Positions 8,420-17,240 are shown, numbered from the stretch's first letter. The stretch is DNA of 51,582 nt from Bdellovibrionales bacterium (GCA_050250255.1 JBFWOZ010000021.1:1-51582); one strand, 5' to 3'. Translations and numbers: made by a program. Notes: generated from the sequence alone by a model not told the origin.

Positions 8420-9363
8420 TGTTTCGCCCCACTTCCCAGGATTTATTTTTTTCTAAAAATGATTCTCACGATCCACGTTTGGGCGAATTTGCAAAAAATC
8501 TTGAAAGTCTCAGCGCTCTTAAAAAAAATGATCTCGTAATTGCAGGTTACCCTGATCATGAGGGGATCAAACTGTCTGGCGGGAGACTCGGAGCCGCAGA
8601 AGCGCCCGATCTTATTCGTAAATATTTTTACAAGATGACTCCCCCGCTGAGTAGCGATCTCGAAACGTTTCCATCTCTCTATGATTTTGGAAACTTAGGC
8701 ATGGAAGGTCCGTTAGAATCTCGCCATGATTTTGTCGCTCAAAGTGTCTCCACGGCTCTTAAAGCCGGAGCTCGCTGGATCGGCCTAGGCGGTGGCCATG
8801 ATTACGGTTATCCCGATGGTTTGGGACTTCTATCGTCAGGCAGTGAAAGACCGCTTGTGATCAACTTTGATGCGCACTTGGATGTAAGGCCCCCGACCAA
8901 CGGATTCTCAAGCGGTACTCCCTTTTACCGACTGCTCTCCCAATCTCTAGGTTTTGATTTTGTAGAAGTAGGTATTCAGTCTCAGTGCAATAGCCAAAAC
9001 CACTTAGCTTGGGCTCAAGACAAAGGGACCAGGATTTTAAGTTATGATGAAATCATGGCAAGTGGAGAGACTTTCTCAAGTGTTACTTTAAGGTTTTTAG
9101 AGAAAGAACTTTTAAAGCGCAGGCCAACCTATTTGAGTCTAGATATCGATGGGTTTTCGTCGGCCTTTGCTCCAGGCTGCAGTCAGGCCTTTGCAACGGG
9201 CTTTCACCCTGAGGAATTCCTCAAGTTGTTCGATATCTTATGCGTAAGGCTTGATGTAAAGGTTTTGGGGCTCTACGAGGTCAGTCCGCCCCTAGACGTA
9301 GACGATAAGACCTCAAAGCTCGCAGCACTTGTTATGCACCGCTTTGTGAAGGCTTATTCTTAA
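8416..9363 (+). CDS. hutG: Formimidoylglutamase (arginase family)
   Basis: GGRLGAAEAP, GGGHD, NFDAHLDVR, SGTPF, LSLDIDGF, APGCS and EVSPPLD. Confidence 0.85.
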   Translation: MMFRPTSQDLFFSKNDSHDPRLGEFAKNLESLSALKKNDLVIAGYPDHEGIKLSGGRLGAAEAPDLIRKYFYKMTPPLSSDLETFPSLYDFGNLGMEGPLESRHDFVAQSVSTALKAGARWIGLGGGHDYGYPDGLGLLSSGSERPLVINFDAHLDVRPPTNGFSSGTPFYRLLSQSLGFDFVEVGIQSQCNSQNHLAWAQDKGTRILSYDEIMASGETFSSVTLRFLEKELLKRRPTYLSLDIDGFSSAFAPGCSQAFATGFHPEEFLKLFDILCVRLDVKVLGLYEVSPPLDVDDKTSKLAALVMHRFVKAYS

Positions 9364-9548
9364 GCTAATTTTTTTCCGCAATTTGTACAGTAGATGTAAC
9401 GATTTTTAAGAAGGTCTGCGTGTGTATGGGCATTGCAGCTTCCAGGTGCGGAGGGATTCATGCTCTCTCCGCAGCTTGGACAATATTTGATATTCACGTT
9501 CATGCGACCATGGTTCATGTTAGGGCAACGAACGTCTGATTTCGACAC
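9360..9548 (-). CDS. Small zinc-ribbon protein
   Basis: 62 aa with C-P-x-x-x-H, YCPSCG, C-x-x-x-x-H and YCTNCGKKL; GTG start 2 nt after the RRM stop. Confidence 0.75.
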   Translation of the reverse strand: MSKSDVRCPNMNHGRMNVNIKYCPSCGESMNPSAPGSCNAHTHADLLKNRYIYCTNCGKKLA

Positions 9549-9550
9549 GC

Positions 9551-9850
9551 TTATTCACTCTTTCGTAATTGAAGCTTTGGTTTTTTAGTGAGTATCTGAG
9601 GAATATGGGGTTTATTTTCGCGAACAAAAATGTTCCCGGCTTTTTTCACCTGACTGTTAAAGTACAAAATGCAGTTTTCCGCTTCCAGTTCTGTGCTCAT
9701 TTCTACATAACCTACGCCCCGACTTAATCCGGTCTTCTCATCGATTTCGATCTTCGTTGTTTGAACGTTTCCGATCATAGAAAACATGCTTTCGAGGCCA
9801 TCTGAATCTAAAGAAAGGGGCAAATTAAGAACTTGAAGGGACACAGCCAT
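9551..9850 (-). CDS. Single-RRM RNA-binding protein
   Basis: V-L-N-L-P RNP2-like and DEKTGLSRGVGYVEM RNP1-like motifs; basic tail; GGAG SD. Confidence 0.9.
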   Translation of the reverse strand: MAVSLQVLNLPLSLDSDGLESMFSMIGNVQTTKIEIDEKTGLSRGVGYVEMSTELEAENCILYFNSQVKKAGNIFVRENKPHIPQILTKKPKLQLRKSE

Positions 9851-10141
9851 GAGTAACTCCGATATGGTTAAGGTGGGCTTCTAGGACAAAACTTTAAGTA
9901 ACAGGAGACCTATCCTAACACGTTAAGCCGTCAAACGGGGGATTGTTTCGCGAGGACCACCTCCGTGACTCTCATAAGAGGCCATAACCCAGAGAGTTTT
10001 CAAAAGCCCCATACTCCCTCTATGCCATGAACAGAACTCCCATCAACCCTCACATTTTTAAAAAACTTGGCTTTTCTACATCGATTATTACTTGGCTTTC
10101 CCCACCTTCAATGGCTATATTCACGGGTCCAATATTTTCGC

Positions 10142-10218
10142 GGAGTGGTAGTTCAGTTGGTTAGAACGCCTGCCTGTCACGCAGGAGGTCGCGGGTTCGA
10201 GTCCCGTCCACTCCGCCA
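10142..10218 (+). tRNA. tRNA-Asp (anticodon GTC)
   Basis: GGAGTGG acceptor stem / CCACTCC-G-CCA, D arm TAGTTCAGTTGGTTAGAAC, anticodon arm CCTGC-CTGTCAC-GCAGG, T loop GGTTCGAGTCC; 77 nt with encoded CCA. Confidence 0.98.
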
Positions 10219-10230
10219 ATTTTAGGTTGA

Positions 10231-10548
10231 TTGATGTCAAATGCATTTACTACGAACTTTGATCATTTGCCTCAATCAGTACAAAAAGTCGTGACACTTA
10301 TCCAAGAAAAACTGACTCCAAAAAAAATCATTCTTTTTGGTTCAAGGGCTCGCGGCGATGCAAGAGAAAACTCTGATTACGACCTCTGTGTTGTCGGAGC
10401 TGCTTCGAACTCAATCCGATCTCAAGTACGCTTGCTGGTTGACGAAGAGCCGCTCACTCTCTTTAAAATAGACCTGTTGTTTTACGAAGATCTGGCCCCG
10501 GATTACTTGGAAAATATCAAAAAAGAAGGCTTACTGCTTTATGGCTGA
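10231..10548 (+). CDS. Minimal nucleotidyltransferase (MNT/MntA-type antitoxin)
   Basis: ILFGSRARGD and SDYDL pol-beta motifs; ~105 aa; ATG at 10234 possible. Confidence 0.9.
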   Translation: MMSNAFTTNFDHLPQSVQKVVTLIQEKLTPKKIILFGSRARGDARENSDYDLCVVGAASNSIRSQVRLLVDEEPLTLFKIDLLFYEDLAPDYLENIKKEGLLLYG

Positions 10549-10921
10549 AGTTATGTATAAAAATTTTGAAATCGCACTCACCAAATTGGATAGCTTTATC
10601 AAAAATTTTAATCAAAGTGAAGTGGAGCGAGCTGGAATTATTCAAGCATTTGAATTTACTTTCGAACAAAGCTGGAAGGCCCTGCAAAAACAAGCGGGCT
10701 CGGAAGGAGTGAATTTTGCAAGCCCCAAAAAAGCTTTTCAATGGGCCTTAGAATCGGGACTGATTGAGGCCAGTGACGAGCAAATTTGGTTATCTATGTT
10801 AGACGAACGAAATCTGACTTCACACACGTATCGTGAAGCCATTGCGATTAAAGTACTGACTAACATTCAAAATCATTACCTTAAGGTCTTTCACAAATTA
10901 CTGCAAAAATTAAAAGCTTAG
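10541..10921 (+). CDS. HEPN-domain protein, HI0074/nucleotidyltransferase substrate-binding family (putative RNase toxin)
   Basis: GIIQAFEFTFEQSWK and RNLTSHTY (Rx4H); 8-nt overlap with the MNT gene. Confidence 0.9.
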   Translation: MAEVMYKNFEIALTKLDSFIKNFNQSEVERAGIIQAFEFTFEQSWKALQKQAGSEGVNFASPKKAFQWALESGLIEASDEQIWLSMLDERNLTSHTYREAIAIKVLTNIQNHYLKVFHKLLQKLKA

Positions 10922-10966
10922 GCCGAGATCGGCGGATAAGCCGAAAAAATCATTAATCCCTTTGGA

Positions 10967-11167
10967 TCATCCTAGACCATCAACAGGTTGCCCCCACGAG
11001 GGCGTATTCTGTGGAGGATCACTTGCCGGAAAAGACTCCTCTATTGTTTCATCAAGCATTTCTTCACGATGCGATTTCCATACTTCGATTTGGTCCACAT
11101 TGGTTTGATTCGATCGTCCTATCGAAACCGGTTCTTTGGGCAAATGGCGTATAGTTTCATTGGTCAT
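10967..11167 (-). CDS. Small acidic protein with SFPASDPP motif
   Basis: GGAGGAG SD before ATG 11167; D-E-x-x-E-E-S-F-P-A-S-D-P-P is a recurrent motif of small uncharacterised bacterial proteins. Confidence 0.75.
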   Translation of the reverse strand: MTNETIRHLPKEPVSIGRSNQTNVDQIEVWKSHREEMLDETIEESFPASDPPQNTPSWGQPVDGLG

Positions 11168-11237
11168 CTTTAAACTCCTCCAAATTGTAAGTACCTTTTT
11201 TGCTCCATTCATTTTCAAGAGCGATGAGAATAGCAAT

Positions 11238-11253
11238 TGCAAGGTTAACACCA
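11238..11253 (-). promoter_or_regulatory. Sigma54 (-24/-12) promoter
   Basis: Minus strand TGGTGT-TAACC-TTGCA: GG-N10-GC spacing, ~70 bp upstream of ATG 11167. Confidence 0.55.
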
Positions 11254-11492
11254 ATAGTGCGCTCAGGTCCTATTAGCTCGCTGGAGCAACAAATGTTTAC
11301 TAAATCTGGACGAGTTGTCTATGTACGGGACAAATTGTCGTGGCCAATCTAGATGTTTGTGCAAACTTGGTCAGTGTTATGTGAACTGGTTACGTAGTTT
11401 TTTCGGTAGTGCTATCTTGGGGCTTTTGCTTGCTTGGTTTCGTCTTAATGTTGGTATTGAATGTAACGCTGAGTTTTTACAACGGAGGATTT

Positions 11493-12056
11493 ATGTATTT
11501 TCTGATCGGACTATTTATTTTCACGATGCTGGTCATCGGAATCAATTTTTGCTTTCTCCTAGTGGGAGGGACACCCTTTCATAAGGGCGTGGAGTTTGCG
11601 CCAGTTAAGGTGGGCAAAAGAACATATACTGTCGAGAGATTCGCTGTTGGTGTCTCAACCACCACTTTCGGCGTTGCGTGGCTTGCTGCTTGGTTTTATT
11701 TTCTTGTCACAGGTTGGAATCCATTTCTAACGCAGATTCAATCTCTCCTCTTTCATGTGGTACTTCAGTTAATAGCTGGCATTGCACTCGTTACCTCGGG
11801 AATTGGAATTTTTAAACAATGGCGACGAAGTAAGGGCGTATTCATAACCAGCATGGGCCTTCTCATTGGTAGCCTGGGAATTGCTATGGCTGTTTATGGA
11901 CCGCGCGATCCTGGTGATACCACCTTCATGTACCTGTTTGGAATGTGGACACTGGTCGTAGGAGGATTCTTAACGATAGCCACATATCTTTTGGATCGTC
12001 TCATGCATGAGTGGGATGAACAGGCTACCGACGTATCTAAGTTGAAGCGCGCATGA
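11493..12056 (+). CDS. Integral membrane hypothetical protein (~5 TM)
   Basis: GGAGG SD before ATG 11493 (preferred over GTG 11409); several hydrophobic segments. Confidence 0.75.
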   Translation: MYFLIGLFIFTMLVIGINFCFLLVGGTPFHKGVEFAPVKVGKRTYTVERFAVGVSTTTFGVAWLAAWFYFLVTGWNPFLTQIQSLLFHVVLQLIAGIALVTSGIGIFKQWRRSKGVFITSMGLLIGSLGIAMAVYGPRDPGDTTFMYLFGMWTLVVGGFLTIATYLLDRLMHEWDEQATDVSKLKRA

Positions 12057-12195
12057 GTCCTCTGGCTTATATATTAATATTTAGCCTCATAGGGATTGTA
12101 GCGAACGAGCCCAGACCAACGTATTGACCTTTCAGATTTGGATAAACATTCCGATTCTTAATGTACGTTATCAACCGTAAATCGGAGCATCTTAG

Positions 12196-12792
12196 TTGAA
12201 ACAGCAAACTACCAAGCTTGATTTAAACCCAGTTATGAATCCCACATCCGATGGAACCATCTTCAGTGTAGTTATTGGCCTTGCAGTATTTGCTACCTTT
12301 TTCTTATTTTGGTTTCGTAGAATTTCTAAGCCCGCGCCTGAACCTCAACTAACTAAGGTTTTTGATACTGACGGCTACGTGGTCCTTTTACCAATATACG
12401 AGAGAGAACACCGCTATATTGCAAAACAAAAAGTAGGACGCAACTTAACTTCAGATGAACACGTACACCACATAAACGGAAATAAGACAGACAACAAAAT
12501 TGAGAACCTCTGCTTGATGGATAGTGAAAAGCATGAACATTTCCATGCATGGCTTAGGTGGAAAAAAGAAAAGGATGGAACGTATCCTTCAATCCGCGAT
12601 CAAAAGCGAACCTTAGTACAAGAATATGGTGGAACCTTGTTGGAGAATCTCTCATCTGGCAGTCACGTAAAGCAATGTCCAGGTTGCAACAGTCTCATGG
12701 TTTTAAGAACGGCGAAAAAAGGTAAATTAAAAGGAAAACAATTCTGGGGATGTACTCGTTATCCCACGTGCAGAAGTAGCGTTGCTGCCTAA
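12196..12792 (+). CDS. Membrane-anchored HNH endonuclease with C-terminal topoisomerase-type C4 zinc ribbon
   Basis: TM helix (IFSVVIGLAVFATFFLFWF); EHR...VHHINGNKTDNKIENL...H (HNH_3-like); CPGC...MVLR...FWGCTRYPTC (zf-C4_Topoisom). Confidence 0.85.
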   Translation: MKQQTTKLDLNPVMNPTSDGTIFSVVIGLAVFATFFLFWFRRISKPAPEPQLTKVFDTDGYVVLLPIYEREHRYIAKQKVGRNLTSDEHVHHINGNKTDNKIENLCLMDSEKHEHFHAWLRWKKEKDGTYPSIRDQKRTLVQEYGGTLLENLSSGSHVKQCPGCNSLMVLRTAKKGKLKGKQFWGCTRYPTCRSSVAA

Positions 12793-12819
12793 GCCAGCGG
12801 TAAAGAATATAGCTTACAA

Positions 12820-13317
12820 CTACTGCACCGACAAAACGTCATACTCACGCACTTGCGTCCCCGTCTCCACAACGGCCACATCGCCAGCAGACAAACCGAT
12901 CAAGGACCCACCAAGAGGCGAACTCGGCGTTACAACCTGCACCGCCTGCCCTTCATAACTTAAGGTAATTCCGCCACCCTTTGGCATAACAAAAACCAAG
13001 CTCTTCTGATTTTTATACTCTACTTCAACAAGTGAAGTAGCGATCACTTTTTTGCTAGCAGCAGATTGCTTTTTTAATTCTTTCTCAAAAGTTCGAAATA
13101 AAAATAGAATCTCTTCCGTCTCAGCAACTCTTTTAACCTGAGCTCCGGCAAGATAAGACGCTTCTAGACCGCGAGTGTCGTACTCATTCTCCGCCTTACT
13201 CTCTTCATGAGTCGCAGCCTCATAGGTCGCAAGAGCGGCCTCTTTGAGACGAATGAGATCCTGCTCCAGCATTTCACAAATTGTCGCGATCAAGTGGGAC
13301 TTGTTCATTGACTGCAT
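12820..13317 (-). CDS. GreA/GreB family elongation factor-like protein
   Basis: KAENEYDTRGLEASYLA and TPSSPLGGSLIG...GD motifs. Confidence 0.85.
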   Translation of the reverse strand: MQSMNKSHLIATICEMLEQDLIRLKEAALATYEAATHEESKAENEYDTRGLEASYLAGAQVKRVAETEEILFLFRTFEKELKKQSAASKKVIATSLVEVEYKNQKSLVFVMPKGGGITLSYEGQAVQVVTPSSPLGGSLIGLSAGDVAVVETGTQVREYDVLSVQ

Positions 13318-13343
13318 ATTGCCACATTCCCTAGGCTGAAGAT

Positions 13344-13760
13344 ATGAAGAGTCTTAATTTTTTCAAAAACTATTGGCGACTCGAAATTTATACGGATGGA
13401 AGCCACAAAGGTGGCTACGGAAGCTGGGCCTATCTTATCACGCGACGTGGAAAATGCGTGACCGAAACCTCAGGCCGCATCCGACACGCAAACAGCAACA
13501 CCATGGAATTCCAAGCCGTTATCGAAGCATTAAGCTCTATCCCTGAAAATTCGAAGGTCACCTTATTCTCAGACTCAAAGATATTGATCGATGCCATGAA
13601 GTTTGGCGAAGGGCCACCCGCCTTCCAAACTCAACTTCAAATCCTAAAAGGCCTAAATGAAAAGCACGACATTCAGTGGCAATGGGTAAAGGCTCATAAC
13701 GGCAATAAGTTTAATGAGCGCTGTGATGAGCTTTGTACATTAGCTCGCACGCCTTCCTAA
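13344..13760 (+). CDS. rnhA: Ribonuclease HI
   Basis: IYTDGS, N-x-M-E-F-x-A-V-I-E-A-L, FSDS, WVKAH-x-G and NERCDEL. Confidence 0.9.
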   Translation: MKSLNFFKNYWRLEIYTDGSHKGGYGSWAYLITRRGKCVTETSGRIRHANSNTMEFQAVIEALSSIPENSKVTLFSDSKILIDAMKFGEGPPAFQTQLQILKGLNEKHDIQWQWVKAHNGNKFNERCDELCTLARTPS

Positions 13761-13903
13761 ACTCATCTCGTTTTCCCCTTCTTTTAACACGAGCAGTCAT
13801 AATTCTCCCTATTAAAAAACAGGACATCACTATTAAATAAAAGTAGTTTAGAATGTAAAGAACTTAACGACTTGTTGCTACGGATAGACTAAGTGGATGA
13901 GGG

Positions 13904-13991
13904 AAGGGCCTTTGTAGCATTATGTGTGGTTAAAGGTCCTTATGTCCGCGGGCAGAATGTGCCAACAGCACATTTTGCCCGCGGGACATAA
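13904..13991. repeat. Two adjacent hairpins (10-bp and ~23-bp stems)
   Basis: aagggccttt (13904-13913) / aaaggtcctt (13932-13941); ttatgtccgcgggcagaatgtgc (13940-13962) - caaca - gcacattttgcccgcgggacataa (13968-13991). Confidence 0.8.
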
Positions 13992-14052
13992 ATGCACGAT
14001 GGAAATACTCTCGACCTAATTTTAATCCTCGCTCACCAGGAATAAAGCAAAG

Positions 14053-15273
14053 ATGAAACTTCATATAATTGCTTTTTTAACTCTAATATTAAGCTATAGT
14101 CCGAGCTTCGCGACAAATGATCCAATTACAATTCAAGACCTAGGTGCAAAATACATCCAAGAGGTAGATATCAGAACTACCGACTGGGCTACCGGACGTG
14201 CTGAATTTGCAAAACCCATTCTTTCAAATAGCACACTTGTAAAGCGCCATTCGTATACGGCTCTCTACAACAAATATCTAGCTAAAAAAATAAAAAGTGG
14301 GGAACTAAATTCGCGGTTTAATTCTCTCGCAGAACAATTATCTCTATGCACTAACGGTGAGCACTCCTGCAAGGAACTAGACCCGCTCCTCACCGAAGGA
14401 ATTGGCCTCATCTTAATTTTCAAACAAGAAGACAAACTGTTAGTTGGCGTCACCGACTCTCATCAAAAAGTTCAGGCCTTAGAGCGCATGCTACGCAATG
14501 TGATCACAAATTATAGATTTAATAGCAAGTTCTGGCCTGCCCTATTATTGATCTCGTACGAAACAACAAATGATCCTTTTGATGTTGTTTTGCTAGCTGA
14601 GTTTTTCAAAGTAAGGGCCAAACAATTAGAGCCAGCGCGTGACATTGCAGATACAACAAAACGTGATATTCAATCCATTAATCAATTCCAACTGTTAATG
14701 ATCGCTTTTCAAAATACGATTTCAGATCCAAAAATTAAAGCTCGTGACGGTTTAAATTATGCAAATCGCATAGAAGAGATTCGATTGCATATTGCTAGCC
14801 TCGTTCCAAGCAAATATGACCTTCTTGAATATTATGAAAGCATCGGGGTCTTAAGAGAATTCTACATCGAATTTGCAAAATTCAAAGATGCCGATCGACT
14901 GACTATCGAGCGCGGTTGGTTAAGAGTGAATTACCCAACTCTTACAGATTCTTTTCCAGAAAGAGCCGTACTTTTCTTTTGGGGAATTTTGACAGACTTT
15001 GGAACTTCCATTCACTCTCTGATTTGGGCAGGGATTTTTATGCTCGTTTTATCGATCCTGGCCTGCCTTTCATCCCCTCAATGGTACTTTTCTACGAATA
15101 TCAAGAGCGATAATATATTTGTGAAATTACTTGATTCTCTCGTGAGTCTTTTTACTTTACGTGGCGAAGAGTCCCTAAGACCATCATATAAAATTGCGCT
15201 AGAGACGCTTGTCTTCTCTTATGTCTCTGTCGCTCTCGCGTTTTTCATTACCTTTGTGCTGAGATGGTCATAA
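14053..15273 (+). CDS. Exported protein with C-terminal 2-TM ion-channel-like module
   Basis: Signal peptide ending SFA; C-terminus T-D-F-G-T-S + TM, pore-helix-like DSLVSLFTLRG, second TM ending R-W-S; AT-rich. Confidence 0.65.
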   Translation: MKLHIIAFLTLILSYSPSFATNDPITIQDLGAKYIQEVDIRTTDWATGRAEFAKPILSNSTLVKRHSYTALYNKYLAKKIKSGELNSRFNSLAEQLSLCTNGEHSCKELDPLLTEGIGLILIFKQEDKLLVGVTDSHQKVQALERMLRNVITNYRFNSKFWPALLLISYETTNDPFDVVLLAEFFKVRAKQLEPARDIADTTKRDIQSINQFQLLMIAFQNTISDPKIKARDGLNYANRIEEIRLHIASLVPSKYDLLEYYESIGVLREFYIEFAKFKDADRLTIERGWLRVNYPTLTDSFPERAVLFFWGILTDFGTSIHSLIWAGIFMLVLSILACLSSPQWYFSTNIKSDNIFVKLLDSLVSLFTLRGEESLRPSYKIALETLVFSYVSVALAFFITFVLRWS

Positions 15274-15302
15274 GCTATTTACTATGTAGAAGACAAGGCA
15301 CC

Positions 15303-16490
15303 TTAATTAAGTAACCCCGCTTGCTCCGACTTAACCCGTACCGGGAGCTTGAAACTAAAAACACTCCCCTCCCCTAATTTCGAGTCGACCCACAACTTTC
15401 CGCCATGTGCTTCGACAAGCATTTTGGAAATATGTAAACCAAGCCCTAGGCCTCTTCGATCTTTCGATCCAAGTTGCGTGAACCTTTCGAAAATTTGTTC
15501 TTTCTTATCTTTGGGAATTCCAATACCTGTGTCACGAACAGAAATTGTGATATCGGCACCCGTTCTCTCAATTTTCAAAATGATTTTTCCGCCTTCTGGT
15601 GTAAACTTGAGCGCATTGCTAATGAGATTTGATAATACTTGCGCTAGTCGGTCGTGGTCACAATCGATAGCCTCCGTTATTGTGACAGGCGTAAAGCGCA
15701 ACAGCACATTCTTTGCGGCGGCCGCATGAACAAAATTGTCCACAGTCTCTTTCATAAGCTTTGTGACATCACAACTTTTGATTTCTAACTCAAGCTTGCC
15801 TTCGGCAATTCGCTCCATGTCGAGGATATCGCTAATTAATCTTAGCGACGAGTCTGCATTGCGTTTTGCAAGCTCAAGCCAACTGATGGTCTCTTTATCT
15901 ATTTTTCTTTCGCTCGCTTCATCGAGAAGCATTTCCATGCAAGAAGAAACAGCGCCAATAGGATTTCGTAAATCATGACTGACGATGGCCAAAAATTCAT
16001 CTCTCGTGGTGAGTGATGCTTTTGTTTTTGTGTGCTCTACGACTTCTTCCGAAAGCTTTACGGAATTACTTAAAACCACTGTATCGGTGATAGTTCTCTC
16101 TTCGGCGAGATTCTTATCCGTCTGCAGACGTTCATGATGGAGGAGCGTTGTTTCAATCGTACTTTTAACTTCTCGTTCACGAATGATCGCTCCATCAACT
16201 AGTGAACGTTCGTGTTGAACGGCGGCATCTACAATAATTCGTGCCTGATCCGTGCGGCTTTTTTCATTAGCACCAGTTACAGCTTTTCCATCTCGAAGAA
16301 GATCAGCGTTATTTCGAGCCTTAGCAATATTTTTATCCGTGTCGCTACGGTCTTCTTGAACACTCTTATCCGTTTGTAATTCTGCTTCCCCACGGGCCTG
16401 AGATAATGAACGATTTGTTTTCTCTCGCTCTAACCCCAAGCTACGATCTGTATTCGTGCGTTCATTTTGAAATGTTTCTGAATTTTTCAT
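15303..16490 (-). CDS. Cytoplasmic sensor histidine kinase (HisKA + HATPase_c) with N-terminal 11-residue repeats
   Basis: FLAIVSHDLRNP H-box, QVLSNLISNALKFT N-box, DTGIGI G1 and GLGLGL G2; no TM segments. Confidence 0.95.
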   Translation of the reverse strand: MKNSETFQNERTNTDRSLGLEREKTNRSLSQARGEAELQTDKSVQEDRSDTDKNIAKARNNADLLRDGKAVTGANEKSRTDQARIIVDAAVQHERSLVDGAIIREREVKSTIETTLLHHERLQTDKNLAEERTITDTVVLSNSVKLSEEVVEHTKTKASLTTRDEFLAIVSHDLRNPIGAVSSCMEMLLDEASERKIDKETISWLELAKRNADSSLRLISDILDMERIAEGKLELEIKSCDVTKLMKETVDNFVHAAAAKNVLLRFTPVTITEAIDCDHDRLAQVLSNLISNALKFTPEGGKIILKIERTGADITISVRDTGIGIPKDKKEQIFERFTQLGSKDRRGLGLGLHISKMLVEAHGGKLWVDSKLGEGSVFSFKLPVRVKSEQAGLLN

Positions 16491-16643
16491 TCATAACTCC
16501 AGCACATACGCAGGAGAGACGACAAAGGGAATTCTAAGTTTGCTCTGAAGCTGAAGAAGTGCTGACTACACCATAACACAAAATGCAACACTTGTGGCGA
16601 CACACCTTTAGATCACTACAAGCGACTTCATATCGTGCACCTT

Positions 16644-17240
16644 TTAAGACGCCAACACCCCATCGGTAGCCGCGCGCCTGACACTCTCGCCGGTAGCGGA
16701 GAATCGGCTTACCCATTCACCAAACGCATTCATAAATTTTTGCATAAATTCCCGAGTCGAATCTACAAGACCATCTTGTTCGTCAAATATCTTTTCTGCA
16801 TTGGCGATATAGGCTTCAGGTTGCTGCAGCACGGGAATATTAAGAAACACGAGTGACTGCCTCAAGTGATGATTCGCTCCGAAACCACCCGTCATCCCAG
16901 GTGAAACGCTAACAACCGCACCCGGTTTTCCGTCCCAAACGCTTTGTCCATAAGGCCGTGAGCCAATATCAATTGCATTTTTTAGCACTGCCGGAACCGA
17001 ACGATTGTATTCAGGTGTGACAAAAAGCACACCATCATACGATTTAATTTTTTCACGAAATTCTTGCCACTCTCTTGGTGGATCGTTATCGAAATCTTGG
17101 TTGTACATTGAGAGCGATCCGATTTCGACAATCTCAAGCTTTAAACTTTGTGGCACAAGCTTTATGAGATTCATTGCCATTTTTCGATTAAAGGATTCTT
17201 TGCGAAGGCTTCCTACTAGAACTGCTATTTTGTGATTCAT
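16644..17240 (-). CDS. NADPH-dependent FMN reductase (ChrR/chromate reductase-like)
   Basis: GSLRKESFN, FVTPEYNRSVPAVLKNAID and GGFGANHHLRQ; start ATG 17240 (AGGAG SD) or 17258. Confidence 0.93.
   Translation of the reverse strand: MNHKIAVLVGSLRKESFNRKMAMNLIKLVPQSLKLEIVEIGSLSMYNQDFDNDPPREWQEFREKIKSYDGVLFVTPEYNRSVPAVLKNAIDIGSRPYGQSVWDGKPGAVVSVSPGMTGGFGANHHLRQSLVFLNIPVLQQPEAYIANAEKIFDEQDGLVDSTREFMQKFMNAFGEWVSRFSATGESVRRAATDGVLAS

Noticed and set aside
9360..9548. Cys-rich peptide as RiPP precursor for the DUF692-like enzyme
   Set aside because: The CxxC pairs fit a zinc ribbon, it has no leader or signal peptide, and it is coupled to the RRM gene 3 kb away.
10190..10218. attR duplication of the tRNA-Asp 3' end
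   Set aside because: No second copy noticed downstream, so island boundaries cannot be defined.
11419..11434. Possible sigma54 promoter GGGGCT-TTTGC-TTGCT before the 11493 gene
   Set aside because: Spacing fits, but the -24 box matches poorly.
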